From: an uncultured Lachnospiraceae bacterium
GTDB lineage: Bacteria; Bacillota; Clostridia; Lachnospirales; Lachnospiraceae
Reading direction: 5' to 3'
Length of the DNA: 64,000 nucleotides
NCBI GenBank assembly: GCA_947630005.1
Contig: CANRGB010000001.1
Location: 5,119 to 69,118 of the forward strand
The position numbers and the translations under genes are program-made. This document shows, piece by piece, positions 28,459-39,715 of the stretch. The notes beneath the pieces are model-generated. The model worked only from the letters and a program-made list of their open reading frames with translations, was not told the DNA's origin and ran no database searches. Numbering within the stretch: position 1 is the stretch's first letter; every line of letters begins with the position of its first letter.

Positions 28459-30588
28459 TTATTCTGGCTGCACCAAAACCTCCGTCACGGCCGCCGCGTA
28501 ATCGAGCGGGTCACGTCTCGCATAATCGAACAGCAGCCATTTTCCTTCGCCTGCGTATTCGAGGTGCGTCATTTTCATAAGCTGCTTCCATGTACGTCCC
28601 TGATAGTGCGGAAGCCAGTGCCGCGTCCGTTCCTCTTCCTGATAAAATCCGATAATCCGGTCTTTTTGCGGTTCCTGCCCTTCGGCCCAGACCGGCCGCG
28701 TTTTCGCGTTCTCGCGCAGATACAGATCCTGTATCAGAAGTCTGTCATACCGGAGCATGCGGTCTTCCTGTCCCGCCGCCCCTGCTGCCGAATCCTGCGC
28801 GCACATCTTCTCCGGCACGTCTTCTGCCCGATCCTGTGCGCACATCTTCTCCGGCACGTCCTCTGCCCGATCCTGTGCGCACGTCTTTTCCGGCACGTCT
28901 TCTGCCCGATCCTGTGCGCACGCCCTCTCCGGCACGTCTTTCGTTCCGGTTTTCTCTTTCTGACCCGCCTCCGCCTTTTCCAAAGCCGCCTCCGCTGCCG
29001 ATCCAAAGCCGTTCTGCTGCAGTGTTTCGTGCGCGAACTCCCGCAGAAGCTCCAGCCGCTGCATTCTCGTATAAGAACATTGTCCGCGCTGATCTTTTTC
29101 CCGCGCGCGGTAAAACAGGGCCAGCGCCTCGTACAGCGCAAACGGGCGGTCAAATTCCCGTTCCAGCTCCCCGATCGTCCGGTCAAACTGATGGCTGTTG
29201 TAATACACCTCCAGCATTTCCTCGATCTCCTTCAGCCGCAGAAGCTCCTCACAGGAAATCCATCTCGTCTGAAGCACCTCGTACGGCGGCTCCGAGCGGA
29301 AGAGAATCCCGTATTCTTCTGCGCGCCTGTGCATCTCGGACCCGCGCAGAACTTTCAGAAACCCAAGCTGAAGCTCCTGCGGGCGCAGGGTATAGACCGC
29401 GTCAAACGAACGGCCGAAGCTCTCATAGCCCTCAAACGGAAGGCCCGCGATCAGATCCAGATGCTGATGAATGTTATGCGCCGCCGCGATCCTTCTGACA
29501 TGCGCCGCGATCTTTTCAAACAGAGCCGTCCGGCGGATTGCCGCAAGTGATTCCGGATTGACCGTCTGCACGCCGATCTCCAGCTGCACCAGTCCCGGCC
29601 GCATCTCCGCCAGAAGCGCAAGTTCTTCTTCCGTCAGCAGATCCGCCGATATCTCAAAGTGGAAATTCGTGACGCCGTTGTCATGCTCCAGCAGGAAACG
29701 CCAGATATCCGCCGCGTGGGAGTGGCTGCAGTTAAACGTGCGGTCTACAAACTTGACCTGGCGCACCCGGTGTTCCAGAAAGAAGGCCAGCTCCTTTTTC
29801 ACCAGCTCCGGGCTGCGGAACCGCACCGTCTTTTCCAGCGACGACAGGCAGTAACTGCAGGAAAACGGACAGCCCCTGCTGCTCTCGTAATAAATGATCC
29901 GGTTCTCAAACCGCCGCAGGTCCTGATAGACAAACGGGAGCGCGTCCAGCGTGCGCTCCGGCAGAGCGGGGGGATTTTGTCTGATCAGCGGCGCGCGCCA
30001 CGCGATCCCCGGAATCTCCTCAAGCGTCCGGTCAATGTCCGGCACATCACCATAAACCGCCGGGAAGCCGTCCCCGTCCCTGCTTTGTCCGGCACAAGTC
30101 CGAGCGGCGCCGGTCACAGACAGATCCTGAGCCTCCTGCGATCCGACAGGAAGCTCAGCTGCCGAACCGTCAGATTCCCCGCTGCCGCGGGCTGCAAAAT
30201 ATCCCTCATAGTACCGCAGCAGCCGGTAAAACGTCCGCTCCCCTTCTCCGATCATCACGCCGTCAAACTGGGGATTTTCCCGCAAAAACAGCTCCGCGTC
30301 CCACGAAACCTCCGGCCCTCCGGCCCAGATCACCGTATCCGGCAGGACTTTCCTGATATTTTCCGCAATCTCCAGGACTTCTTTCCTGTTCCAGATATAG
30401 CAGGAAAACAGCAGAAGATCCGGCTTTCTCCGATAAATTTCCCCGAAGATCAGATCCGTGCGGTGATTGATCGTGAACTCCGCCAGCTCCACCTGCCCTT
30501 CAAACTCCCGCGCCGACGCTTTGAGACTGTAGACAGCCAGATTTGAATGAATATATTTCGCGTTGATGGCAGTCAGCAGAACTCTCAT
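28459..30588 (-). CDS. B12-binding radical SAM protein (DUF4080-type C-terminus)
   Basis: INAKYIHSNL, GGPEVS, GEGE, SRGCPFSCSYC, HLDLIAGLP; 39-bp tandem repeats at about 28797-28940. Confidence 0.92.
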   Translation of the reverse strand: MRVLLTAINAKYIHSNLAVYSLKASAREFEGQVELAEFTINHRTDLIFGEIYRRKPDLLLFSCYIWNRKEVLEIAENIRKVLPDTVIWAGGPEVSWDAELFLRENPQFDGVMIGEGERTFYRLLRYYEGYFAARGSGESDGSAAELPVGSQEAQDLSVTGAARTCAGQSRDGDGFPAVYGDVPDIDRTLEEIPGIAWRAPLIRQNPPALPERTLDALPFVYQDLRRFENRIIYYESSRGCPFSCSYCLSSLEKTVRFRSPELVKKELAFFLEHRVRQVKFVDRTFNCSHSHAADIWRFLLEHDNGVTNFHFEISADLLTEEELALLAEMRPGLVQLEIGVQTVNPESLAAIRRTALFEKIAAHVRRIAAAHNIHQHLDLIAGLPFEGYESFGRSFDAVYTLRPQELQLGFLKVLRGSEMHRRAEEYGILFRSEPPYEVLQTRWISCEELLRLKEIEEMLEVYYNSHQFDRTIGELEREFDRPFALYEALALFYRAREKDQRGQCSYTRMQRLELLREFAHETLQQNGFGSAAEAALEKAEAGQKEKTGTKDVPERACAQDRAEDVPEKTCAQDRAEDVPEKMCAQDRAEDVPEKMCAQDSAAGAAGQEDRMLRYDRLLIQDLYLRENAKTRPVWAEGQEPQKDRIIGFYQEEERTRHWLPHYQGRTWKQLMKMTHLEYAGEGKWLLFDYARRDPLDYAAAVTEVLVQPE

Positions 30589-31523
30589 CAGCACACCATC
30601 TTCGCCGCGCCGTAAATTCCCGCGTCGTTGCCCAGAAGCGCCAGAGCGAAGTCCGTCTCCCTGCAGGCGCTGAACGTATATTTTCTGTAATTTTTCTCAA
30701 TAAAATCCAGCAGGATCGGACCTGCTTTTGAAACGCCTCCGCCGATCACGATCACCTGCGGATCCACCACGCACGCAAAGCCCGCGAGCGCCTTGCCGAG
30801 ATATACGCCGAAACGCTCCGCCACGCGGATGGAAAGCGCGTCTCCCTCTTTGACCGCGTTGAAGACCGTCTTCGCCGTGATGCGCTCCTGCCCGCGCAGA
30901 AGGGAATCCTCATCGCACGCCGCCAGTTCTTCTCTTGCCAGGCGCGCGATGCCCGTCGCGGACGCCACCTGTTCCAGGCAGCCGCAGTTGCCGCAGTTGC
31001 ACGGATCCGTAATGGAATCATCCACATGGACATGGCCGATCTCGCCGCCCGCACCGTGGAATCCCGGAACGATCTTTCCGTCGATGATGATTCCGCCGCC
31101 GACGCCGGTCCCGAGCGTCACCATGATCATGCTGCGCGCGCCGGCTCCGCCGCCCTTCCACGCCTCGCCGAGCGCCGCGACATTCGCGTCATTTCCGGCC
31201 TTTACCGGAATCCCGGTCATCTCTCTTAACTGTCCTTCAATGTCCACAAATCCCCAGTGGAGATTTACCGCGCACGGCGTACAGCCGTTCTCGTTGACCG
31301 GACCCGGTATACCGATTCCGATCCCGGTCACGGCATCCTTTGCGATATCCTTTTCGGCAAGCTTCTCCAGGATCGACGCGGCGACATCCGGCAGGATATG
31401 CCTGCCGTTCTCCTCTTTTCTCGTATCAATCTCCCACTTGTCCAGCAGAACGCCTTCTTCCGAGAAAAGTCCGCATTTCACGGTAGTGCCGCCCACGTCA
31501 ATCCCAAAACAATACTTTTTCAT
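30588..31523 (-). CDS. glcK: ROK-family glucokinase
   Basis: GIDVGGT, NDANVAALGE, TLGTGVGGG, GEIGH, CNCGNCGCLE. Confidence 0.92.
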   Translation of the reverse strand: MKKYCFGIDVGGTTVKCGLFSEEGVLLDKWEIDTRKEENGRHILPDVAASILEKLAEKDIAKDAVTGIGIGIPGPVNENGCTPCAVNLHWGFVDIEGQLREMTGIPVKAGNDANVAALGEAWKGGGAGARSMIMVTLGTGVGGGIIIDGKIVPGFHGAGGEIGHVHVDDSITDPCNCGNCGCLEQVASATGIARLAREELAACDEDSLLRGQERITAKTVFNAVKEGDALSIRVAERFGVYLGKALAGFACVVDPQVIVIGGGVSKAGPILLDFIEKNYRKYTFSACRETDFALALLGNDAGIYGAAKMVC

Positions 31524-32470
31524 ATCCATCCTTCCTTTTCTTCCTTGTTTCTCGTCAGGCTGTTCTGCACACGGTTGTACAGCTCTCTCGCCGCGTTGTA
31601 GCCCATCCGCTTCTGCCTGTGGTTGACAGCCGCCACCTCCACGATCACAGCCAGATTGCGCCCCGGACGGATCGGCAGGGAATGGCAGACTACGCGGTTG
31701 CCCAGAAATTCCGTATATTCTTCCTCAAGACCGAGGCGGTCGTACTCTCTGTCCCGGTTCCACTCCTCCAGCTTGATTACCAGATCGATCGACTGCGTCT
31801 TCTTCACGCTCTCAACGCCGAACAGAGTCTTGACGTCAATGATGCCGATACCCCGAAGCTCGATGAAATGCCTCGTAATATCCGGAGCGGTTCCCACCAG
31901 CGTATCGTCGCTGACCTTACGGATTTCAACGACGTCATCCGTCACAAGGCGGTGTCCGCGCTTGACCAGTTCCAGCGCCGCCTCGCTCTTTCCGATGCCG
32001 CTCTCGCCCATGATCAGAACGCCCTCGCCGTAGACATCGACGAGCACGCCGTGAATCGAGATGCAGGGCGCCAGCTCGACGTTCAGCCAGCGGATGATCT
32101 CCGCCATAAAAGCGGACGTCGACGCGTCGGTCACAAAGATCGGCACCTCATACTGCAGAGCCAGACGGAGCATGTCCTCATCCGGCTTCGTCTGCGTCGT
32201 GTAAATGATACAGGGCACATGGTAAGACAAAAATTTTTCATATACCTGAGCCTTCTGCTCTCTCGTGATACTCTGCAGATATGTATACTCGACGTATCCG
32301 ATGATCTGTACCCTCTCCGAATAAAAGTGATCAAAAAAACCTGTCAGCTGGATCGCCGGACGATTGATCTCCGAGGTAACAATCCGCTTCCCCGTCATAT
32401 CAATCTGCGGGAGTACATTTGTCAGTTTCATCTTCTCTGCCATCCTGGCAATTGTTACGCTGCTCGCCAT
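31520..32470 (-). CDS. hprK: HPr kinase/phosphorylase
   Basis: HGVLVDVYGEGVLIMGESGIGKSE, GHRLVTDD, ELRGIGII, PGRNLA. Confidence 0.97.
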   Translation of the reverse strand: MASSVTIARMAEKMKLTNVLPQIDMTGKRIVTSEINRPAIQLTGFFDHFYSERVQIIGYVEYTYLQSITREQKAQVYEKFLSYHVPCIIYTTQTKPDEDMLRLALQYEVPIFVTDASTSAFMAEIIRWLNVELAPCISIHGVLVDVYGEGVLIMGESGIGKSEAALELVKRGHRLVTDDVVEIRKVSDDTLVGTAPDITRHFIELRGIGIIDVKTLFGVESVKKTQSIDLVIKLEEWNRDREYDRLGLEEEYTEFLGNRVVCHSLPIRPGRNLAVIVEVAAVNHRQKRMGYNAARELYNRVQNSLTRNKEEKEGWI

Positions 32471-32625
32471 AAACAAATTCCTCCATGATGATAAAATAAA
32501 GCTGTTAGGTCAAAAAGTCTTCTGCGTCCATGACGCCCCGAACTTCCTCTTCGGCGTTATGGATACTATGGTATTGTAAAATATATCATAATATTATAAG
32601 GAGGAAAAGGATAATTTTACTTAAT

Positions 32626-34548
32626 TTATTTTTTGTTTTCCGCTCCTCCATGGAAATACTCATACACTTTCCGCGCACTCGCCGCGTTCATCGACTCCGC
32701 GTTCGCAAGCTCCTCAAGGCTGGCGTCACGGATCCCTTCCAGCGACTTGAACGTGCGCATCAGCGCCTTGCGCCTTGTCGGCCCGATCCCCTCAATCTCA
32801 TCGAGCAGCGAGTGTACCTGCTGTTTGCTGCGCAGGCTCCGGTGATACTCGATCGCGAAACGGTGCGCCTCGTCCTGGATCCGCGTGATCAGCTTGAAGC
32901 TCTCGGAGCGCGTGTCGATCGGAAGCTCCTCGTTATGATAATACAGCCCCCTCGTCCGGTGAAAATCATCTTTTACCATACCGCAGACAGGAATGTCGAT
33001 CTGCAGCTTCTCAAGCACGCGCAGCGCCACATTGACCTGCCCTTTTCCGCCGTCCATCAGAATCAGATCCGGAAAACGGCTGAAGCTGCCAAGCTCCTCG
33101 CTCTGATTCTTTGCCGCGAGCTCCTTTTTCTCCTCAAGGCCGTGCGTAAACCGGCGCGTCAGCACTTCCTCCATGCTCGCGTAATCATCCGGTCCCTGCA
33201 CGTTCCTGATCTTAAATTTCCGGTAATCGTTGCGCTTCGGCTTTCCTTTCTCGTAGACGATCATCGAGCCGACCGACTCAAAACCGCTGATGTTTGAGAT
33301 ATCATACGCTTCCATGCGCGCCGTCCCCTCAATCCCCAGGAGCCGTTCCAGCTCGCGCACCGCGCCGATCGTTCTCCCTTCCTCGCGCTTGATGCGTTCG
33401 CGGTCCTTGCTCAGCACGATTGCCGCGTTGTCGGCCGCCAGCTCCACAAGCTTCTCCTTCGTCCCTTTCTTCGGAACACGCAGATAGACGCGCCCGCCGC
33501 GCTTTTCCGAAAGCCACTGTTCTATGATATCATGATCCTCGACCTCCGCCTCGAGCATCAGTTCCCGGGGCACAAACGGCGTACCCGCGTAGTACTGCTT
33601 GATAAAGCTGTTCAGAATCGCGGACTTCGTGTCGTCCGGGGCTGCCTGCAGGTAAAAATGCTCTCTCCCGATCATCTTTCCGCCGCGGATGAAGAACACC
33701 TGGACGACCGCGTCGCCGCCATCGGCCGCCAGCGCCAGCACGTCCTTATCCTCCCCGTCGCCGCGCGTGATCTTCTGACGCTCCGCAATCTGACGCACGC
33801 TCGCGATCAGCTCCCGGTACTCGATTGCCTTCTCAAATTCCATCGCTTCCGAGGCCTCATTCATCTTCCCCTCCAGCATTTTGATGACCGGCATATGGTT
33901 CCCGTTCAGAAAATCCATCGCCTCCCCAACCGATTTCCTGTATTCCTCCTGGCTGATATACCCCTGACACGGAGCTTTGCACTGTCCGATATGATAGTAC
34001 AGGCAGGGCCGCTCCTTCCCAATCTCTTTCGGCAGACTGCGGTTACAGCTTCTGAGCTGATACAGCTTCCTCAGAAGATCGATCGTGTCCTTCACCGCGC
34101 CGGCGCTCGTAAACGGCCCGAAATACCTGCATTTATCCTTCTTCATCCGGTGCGAGAAAAGCACCCGGGGATACGCCTCCCCGAGTGTCACTTTGATAAA
34201 CGGATACCCTTTGTCATCCTTCAGCATCGTGTTGTACTTCGGCCGGTGTTCTTTGATCAGGTTGCACTCCAGCACCAGAGCTTCCATCTCGGAATCCGTC
34301 ACGATATACTCAAACCGCCGGATGCGCTCCACCATCTGCAGGATTTTCACGCTCTTGTTCCGGCTGCTCTGGAAATACTGGCGCACTCGGTTCTTCAGGC
34401 TGATCGCCTTTCCCACGTAAATGATATCGTCATGTTCGTCGTGCATGATGTAGACCCCTGGACGGCCGGGGAGCTTCTTCAGCTCCTCCTCGATATCAAA
34501 CGCAAGGTCGGTTTCCGCCTCATTCCGCTTCTCCTCTGCTTTATTCAT
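32626..34548 (-). CDS. uvrC: Excinuclease ABC subunit C
   Basis: GIY-YIG motif [32 protein letters not shown], HhH motif GIGP. Confidence 0.97.
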   Translation of the reverse strand: MNKAEEKRNEAETDLAFDIEEELKKLPGRPGVYIMHDEHDDIIYVGKAISLKNRVRQYFQSSRNKSVKILQMVERIRRFEYIVTDSEMEALVLECNLIKEHRPKYNTMLKDDKGYPFIKVTLGEAYPRVLFSHRMKKDKCRYFGPFTSAGAVKDTIDLLRKLYQLRSCNRSLPKEIGKERPCLYYHIGQCKAPCQGYISQEEYRKSVGEAMDFLNGNHMPVIKMLEGKMNEASEAMEFEKAIEYRELIASVRQIAERQKITRGDGEDKDVLALAADGGDAVVQVFFIRGGKMIGREHFYLQAAPDDTKSAILNSFIKQYYAGTPFVPRELMLEAEVEDHDIIEQWLSEKRGGRVYLRVPKKGTKEKLVELAADNAAIVLSKDRERIKREEGRTIGAVRELERLLGIEGTARMEAYDISNISGFESVGSMIVYEKGKPKRNDYRKFKIRNVQGPDDYASMEEVLTRRFTHGLEEKKELAAKNQSEELGSFSRFPDLILMDGGKGQVNVALRVLEKLQIDIPVCGMVKDDFHRTRGLYYHNEELPIDTRSESFKLITRIQDEAHRFAIEYHRSLRSKQQVHSLLDEIEGIGPTRRKALMRTFKSLEGIRDASLEELANAESMNAASARKVYEYFHGGAENKK

Positions 34549-34710
34549 CGTCTGCTCAAACCTCCTCCGATCTCCATGCAAACCGCTGTCCGCTTCCTGT
34601 TTTTATCCGCTTTCATTTATGACAGCGGCTCGCAGCGCGGACATGAAAGTCTGCTGTCACTCTCTGTAAATCGTGAACGTAACAGCGCTTCGCGAAACAA
34701 CAATTCTCTG

Positions 34711-36426
34711 TTATTGTCCTGCGATCAGCACACGTCTCCCTTCAAACGCAAAGCCATAGCTTCGGATACGCTCTTTTGAAATCCCCTTAGCCGTCAGAAC
34801 CGCGTCATACTGTTTTTCCCTGATCTGCCTCAATGCCCGCACGGCAGTTTCCCGAAGATCCTTCTCTCTTCTGAAATCAAACACTTTAAATTCCAGAATT
34901 ATGGCAGGATCTTCCGGTTTCAGCGGCTCCAGCATCACATCATATCTTCCAAAACCGCTTTCTCGGTTGGATGTCACCACATATCTCCCGGTCAGTTCGA
35001 CAAGCAGACCCAGCACAAACCCATGATAAAACCGCTCCGGTTCGTTTTTTTCCGGAAAATCCCCTTCCCGGTGATTTCCTCCGGTATCAAACGAGCTGAA
35101 TGTGACCCGTATCACCTGATTCATGAAATCATTCATTGCCTCAACATCATCCCGCAGCAACGCTTTTATAAAGTCATTGTATCCGGAAGACGGACGCGCA
35201 AACCATCGTCTGACCATATCATAAAACATCAGACGTACTTCAAGATTCGTGAGCATAATCTCGTATTCCGGAACAGCTTCCCCAAAATATCCCTGCTTTT
35301 CCTGGCAGTCGGTAATTTTCAGGTATCCGCCTGCCACAAGCAGGCTCCAGACCGCGCGATCGTCTCTGTCCAGCCTGTCGTACACAATCTGCTCATCCAG
35401 ATTCATCTTCACACGGCCGCCGCGCAAAAGCTCTTCAAAGATACTTTTTATTTCCCGGCTGCCTTCCCGGATCAATTTGTCCGCAAGACCGTTTTCGCTT
35501 GTATTTGCCCAGTAAGGAGCCAGTTTCCCCGTATCAAGGTAATTGATCACAGACCACGGGTTATAGATATCCTTCAGCTTTCCAAAGCAAAATCCGTCAT
35601 ACCATTTTCTGACTTCACTCATGCTGCTGCCAAGCCCGAACTCTTCCAGGGCGCAGGCAACCTCCTGCTCTGTAAAACCGAAACAATCCGCGTATTCGTC
35701 AGACGTCGTCGTCACTACTTTCAGATTATTCAGATCGGAAAAAACCGATTCTCTGCTTACGCGGGTGATCCCGCTAAGAATCGCTCTGTCCAGATACGGA
35801 TTTGTTTTAAAGGAAGCGTTGAACAGACTTCGCATAAAGGCAGTGAGCTCTTTCCAGTACCCATTGACATATGCCTCCTGCATGGGGGTGTCATACTCAT
35901 CCAGCAGAACGATCACCTTTTTCCCATAACAGCGGCTCAGAAAACAGCACAGGCGATGAATCGCCAGCGTTGCGTCCACTTCCGGCATATCCGGAAGAAC
36001 GCTCTCGAAATACTGCCTCTCAGGAGAACTGAGCAGGTTTCCTTCCAGAAGGAACCGATATCTTCCATACAGATCTGTCAGAATCTGATTCAGACGCAGC
36101 CTCGTATTTTCATAAGTACTCTCCTTCACATTGGCAAAAGAAAGTCCGATCACAGGTCTGGTTCCCTGCAGCCTGCGATATTTTTCATTTTTCCATATGT
36201 CCAGACCTTCAAACAGTTCTCCCCTGTTGGCATACTCGACAGAGAAAAACTGCTCTACCATGCTCATGGCAAGCGTCTTTCCAAATCTCCGGGGACGCGT
36301 GAGCAGGGTAACACTGTCTCCCTTCTCCCACCATCTGCTGATGAACGAGGTCTTATCAATATAAAAATAATCGTTCGTTCTGATTGTCTCGAAATTTTGA
36401 TGTCCAATGCTTACCGTACCTGGCAC
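34711..36426 (-). CDS. AAA-ATPase-like + PD-(D/E)XK nuclease (PDDEXK_9) protein, paralog 1
   Basis: YIDKT, RPRRFGKT, LLDEYD, YNPWS, ERFYHGFVLG, SNRESGFGRYD...ILEFK, QIREKQY. Confidence 0.9.
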   Translation of the reverse strand: MPGTVSIGHQNFETIRTNDYFYIDKTSFISRWWEKGDSVTLLTRPRRFGKTLAMSMVEQFFSVEYANRGELFEGLDIWKNEKYRRLQGTRPVIGLSFANVKESTYENTRLRLNQILTDLYGRYRFLLEGNLLSSPERQYFESVLPDMPEVDATLAIHRLCCFLSRCYGKKVIVLLDEYDTPMQEAYVNGYWKELTAFMRSLFNASFKTNPYLDRAILSGITRVSRESVFSDLNNLKVVTTTSDEYADCFGFTEQEVACALEEFGLGSSMSEVRKWYDGFCFGKLKDIYNPWSVINYLDTGKLAPYWANTSENGLADKLIREGSREIKSIFEELLRGGRVKMNLDEQIVYDRLDRDDRAVWSLLVAGGYLKITDCQEKQGYFGEAVPEYEIMLTNLEVRLMFYDMVRRWFARPSSGYNDFIKALLRDDVEAMNDFMNQVIRVTFSSFDTGGNHREGDFPEKNEPERFYHGFVLGLLVELTGRYVVTSNRESGFGRYDVMLEPLKPEDPAIILEFKVFDFRREKDLRETAVRALRQIREKQYDAVLTAKGISKERIRSYGFAFEGRRVLIAGQ

Positions 36427-36511
36427 GAATATCCGACCCCTTTCCGCAGTCTTTTCATCCGGATAAACCAAAACCAGAATCCTGTCATTTTGTGCAGACT
36501 TTCATTATAAA

Positions 36512-36603
36512 ACCAAGCAAGAGGCAGTTTTTCCCTTCTGTCCGCCGCGCGGCCCGCACGCTTTTTCAGCAGCTGATTTCCATATGCGGGCCTGCGCATA
36601 AAA
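36512..36603 (+). repeat. Interspersed structured repeat, copy B (first hairpin degraded)
   Basis: GCGCGGCCCGCA..CAGCAGCTGATTTCCATATGCGGGCCTGCGCATAAAA. Confidence 0.8.
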
Positions 36604-36643
36604 TTCAAAATTTGCAGATCTCTGTCCCGGTCAAGCAGTCCGG

Positions 36644-38662
36644 TCAGCAGATCTCCGCTCCGGACGGCATCTCCTTCTCGGGAACCATCAGCGCCAGATT
36701 GCCCTCGGCATCCTCCGCGCAGAGCAGCATTCCCTCGGAAACCACTCCCGCCAGCTTTGCGGGCTTTAAGTTCACGAGAACCATGACCTTCTTGCCGACC
36801 ATCTCCTCCGGCGTGTAATGCGCTTTGATCCCGGAGACGATCTGTTTCACCTGATTTCCGATCTTCACCTGAGAACAGAGAAGCTTGCGGGATTTCTTCA
36901 CAGCTTCGCAGGCAATGATTTCTCCCACCTGGAACTGCATCCTGCCGAATTCCTCAAACGTGATCTCCTCCTTTGGCTCAAGATTAATCACATCCGCCGC
37001 GCTTCCTTCTCCCGCATTTGGCGATCCGCTCTCGGTTCCTTTTCCGTCCGCGGTCTTTGCATTTTCGTCTGCGGATTCCTCCGCCGGCGCCGGATGTCTC
37101 TCCTCCACCTTCTTCATGACCTCCTTCAGGTCAAGGCGCGCGAACAGAATTTCCGGCTTCTCCGTGACCTTCGTCCCGGACTCATACAGACCGTACTGCT
37201 CCATCTCGTCAAGCGTTCTGTCCTTCGCGTTCAGCTGTGCGAGAATCTTCTCCGACGTCTCCGGCATAAACGCCTTCAGCAGAGAAGCTCCGATGCTGAT
37301 ACATTCCGTAAGATTATAGAGAACCTCCGCCAGGCGGTCCTTCTTCGCCTCGTCCTTCGCAAGCGCCCACGGCATTGTCTCATCAATATATTTATTGCAG
37401 CGCTTAAACAACGTGAAAATCTCAGAGATCGCATCCGCCACACGCAGATCGTCCATCTTCTTCGACACGATGCCCGGCGCCGCGAGAGCGACCGCTTTCA
37501 GTTCCTCATCCACCGGCTCAGTCACGCCTGTCCTTGTGACGACTCCGCCGAAATATTTATTCGTCATCGAGATCGTACGGTTCACAAGGTTGCCGAGCGT
37601 GTTCGCGAGGTCAGAGTTGAGCCTCTCTACCATCAGCTCCCAGGTGATGACGCCGTCGTTCTCAAACGGCATCTCATGCAGTACAAAATAGCGCACGGCA
37701 TCCACGCCGAAGAACTCCACAAGCTCGTCCGCGTACAATACGTTCCCTCTGGATTTGCTCATCTTGCCGTCACCCTGAAGCAGCCACGGATGCCCGAACA
37801 CCTGCTTCGGAAGCGGAAGATCAAGCGCCATCAGGAAGATCGGCCAGTAGATCGTATGGAAACGGATGATATCTTTCCCAATCAGATGCAGATCGGCCGG
37901 CCAGTCGCGCTTAAACTGTTCCGTCGATTCCCCGCCACAGTCATATCCGATCCCGGTGATATAGTTGGTCAGAGCGTCCAGCCACACATAGGTGACATGC
38001 TTCGGATCGAATGTGACCGGGATACCCCATTTAAACGACGTTCTCGACACGCAGAGATCCTGCAGACCCGGAAGCAGGAAGTTGTTCATCATCTCATTCT
38101 TCCTGGAAACCGGCTGAATAAATTCCGGATGCGTGTTGATATGCTCGATCAGGCGGTCCGCGTACTTGCTCATCTTAAAGAAATACGCTTCCTCCTTCGC
38201 CGGCGTAACCTCGCGCCCGCAGTCCGGACATTTCCCATTCACAAGCTGGGACTCCGTAAAGAACGACTCGCACGGCGTACAGTACAGTCCCTCATAGTAT
38301 CCCTTATAGATATCGCCCTGATCGTACAGCTTCTTGAAAATCTTCTGCACCTGCTTCTCATGATCCGCGTCCGTGGTGCGGATAAACTTGTCGTAGGAAG
38401 TGTTCATCAGATCCCAGATCCGGCGGATCTCACCGGCCACTCCATCCACAAACTCCTTCGGCGTCACGCCGGCTTCCTGCGCCTTGAGCTCGATCTTCTG
38501 TCCATGCTCATCCGTACCTGTCTGGAAAAACACATCGTAGCCCTGCATTCTGCGGTATCTCGCGATGCTGTCCGCCAGCACGATCTCATACGTATTTCCG
38601 ATATGCGGCTTACCCGATGTGTAGGCAATCGCGGTTGTCAGGTAATATTTCCCTCTTCCCAT
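36644..38662 (-). CDS. metG: Methionyl-tRNA synthetase with C-terminal tRNA-binding domain
   Basis: HIGN, GTDEHGQK, CTPCE/CPDC, KMSKS, C-terminal Trbp domain. Confidence 0.98.
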   Translation of the reverse strand: MGRGKYYLTTAIAYTSGKPHIGNTYEIVLADSIARYRRMQGYDVFFQTGTDEHGQKIELKAQEAGVTPKEFVDGVAGEIRRIWDLMNTSYDKFIRTTDADHEKQVQKIFKKLYDQGDIYKGYYEGLYCTPCESFFTESQLVNGKCPDCGREVTPAKEEAYFFKMSKYADRLIEHINTHPEFIQPVSRKNEMMNNFLLPGLQDLCVSRTSFKWGIPVTFDPKHVTYVWLDALTNYITGIGYDCGGESTEQFKRDWPADLHLIGKDIIRFHTIYWPIFLMALDLPLPKQVFGHPWLLQGDGKMSKSRGNVLYADELVEFFGVDAVRYFVLHEMPFENDGVITWELMVERLNSDLANTLGNLVNRTISMTNKYFGGVVTRTGVTEPVDEELKAVALAAPGIVSKKMDDLRVADAISEIFTLFKRCNKYIDETMPWALAKDEAKKDRLAEVLYNLTECISIGASLLKAFMPETSEKILAQLNAKDRTLDEMEQYGLYESGTKVTEKPEILFARLDLKEVMKKVEERHPAPAEESADENAKTADGKGTESGSPNAGEGSAADVINLEPKEEITFEEFGRMQFQVGEIIACEAVKKSRKLLCSQVKIGNQVKQIVSGIKAHYTPEEMVGKKVMVLVNLKPAKLAGVVSEGMLLCAEDAEGNLALMVPEKEMPSGAEIC

Positions 38663-38814
38663 TTTGAAGGCCTCCTTAATCTGAATTTTTTGTAAAACGG
38701 TCATGCCTGTGCTGCAGGCACCACCATAAATGAAAGCGCACGGAGAATCCCTGCATTCTTCGTTGAAAAAGAAACTTTTTCATGCGGCAGAAAATCCTGC
38801 GGAGTTTCCTGCTG

Positions 38815-39282
38815 CACAAAATAAGCGCCCTGTCTCCATACAGAAGACGAGCGCTGCCCGTGTTACCACTTCTCTTCATCCTGCCTCACGGCACAGACCT
38901 CTGCGGGTACCGGGCTTACCTTTTTGCGAACCATACCAGCAATGACATTCGCAATATGCGCAGACCATACCCTGCCGCTGTAACAGGCGGAACCTGTCGT
39001 ATCCTAACCGATTACCCGCGCCAACTGAAATGCTGCCATCCACTGTGTAACTACAGGTCACAGCGGCTTTCTGAGATGCAGAATCCGCCTCAGAATTATT
39101 TTTGAAGCCTTTCAGTCAAAACCCGGCACCGGCTCAGATACGCCCCTCCGAAACCATCTTCCACGGATATTCCTGCAGTCCTTCTCACCAGCCGGAACAA
39201 CATACATGAAAACAGCCTCATCATGTCTTCCGAAGACCTCTCTGTAACAGTACCCTTCCGTGTACTCTTTTCTTCCATGAGT
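38815..39282 (-). promoter_or_regulatory. Met-specific T-box riboswitch leader
   Basis: T-box AAGTGGTAACACG (38859-38871), terminator at about 38818-38855, stem I with AGAGAG and GGTGAGA motifs, specifier AUG at 39155-39157; TTGACA promoter near 39331-39336. Confidence 0.9.
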
Positions 39283-39346
39283 TTGCAATAATCACTGATA
39301 AAAGTAACGATAACACAGTTCTGACATTTGTGTCAAGGTTTCTGTC

Positions 39347-39694
39347 TCAATTCCATATGTATTCCCATGCCTTGCATGACTCCATTCGTTTCATCCAGTC
39401 CAAAACCTTTTGTGTGGGCTCCCAGTCATCAGATTCCATTGCCCGCAGTTCATCCATAGAAAATGATATTGTATGATTCTGTTCCAGCTGTCTATAACTA
39501 TGATCAAGGTGTTCCAGATACTCAGCGTTCTGCTTTGCCTTTACCAATTCACTGTAATCTTTTTCCGATACCATAACTACATTCTCGTTTTTCGGTCTGG
39601 CAATGATTACCGGTTCGCCCCTGAAAGCAAAATCCATATATCTTTTAAGATTCGTTCTAAAATCAAGTGGTTTTATAGTTATCATATCTTTCAC
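39347..39694 (-). CDS. Phd/YefM-family antitoxin with no adjacent toxin
   Basis: DFRTNLKRYMD...GEPVIIARPKNENVVMVSEKDY...NAEYLEHL..S..QL. Confidence 0.88.
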   Translation of the reverse strand: MKDMITIKPLDFRTNLKRYMDFAFRGEPVIIARPKNENVVMVSEKDYSELVKAKQNAEYLEHLDHSYRQLEQNHTISFSMDELRAMESDDWEPTQKVLDWMKRMESCKAWEYIWN

Positions 39695-39715
39695 TTCCCT
39701 TCACACACTTAAACA

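Noticed and set aside
36411-36608. Shared peptide MxRPAYGNQLL in small ORFs at 19571, 36411 and 52258
   Set aside because: This is the interspersed repeat read on the minus strand; no RBS, and indels break the frame between copies.
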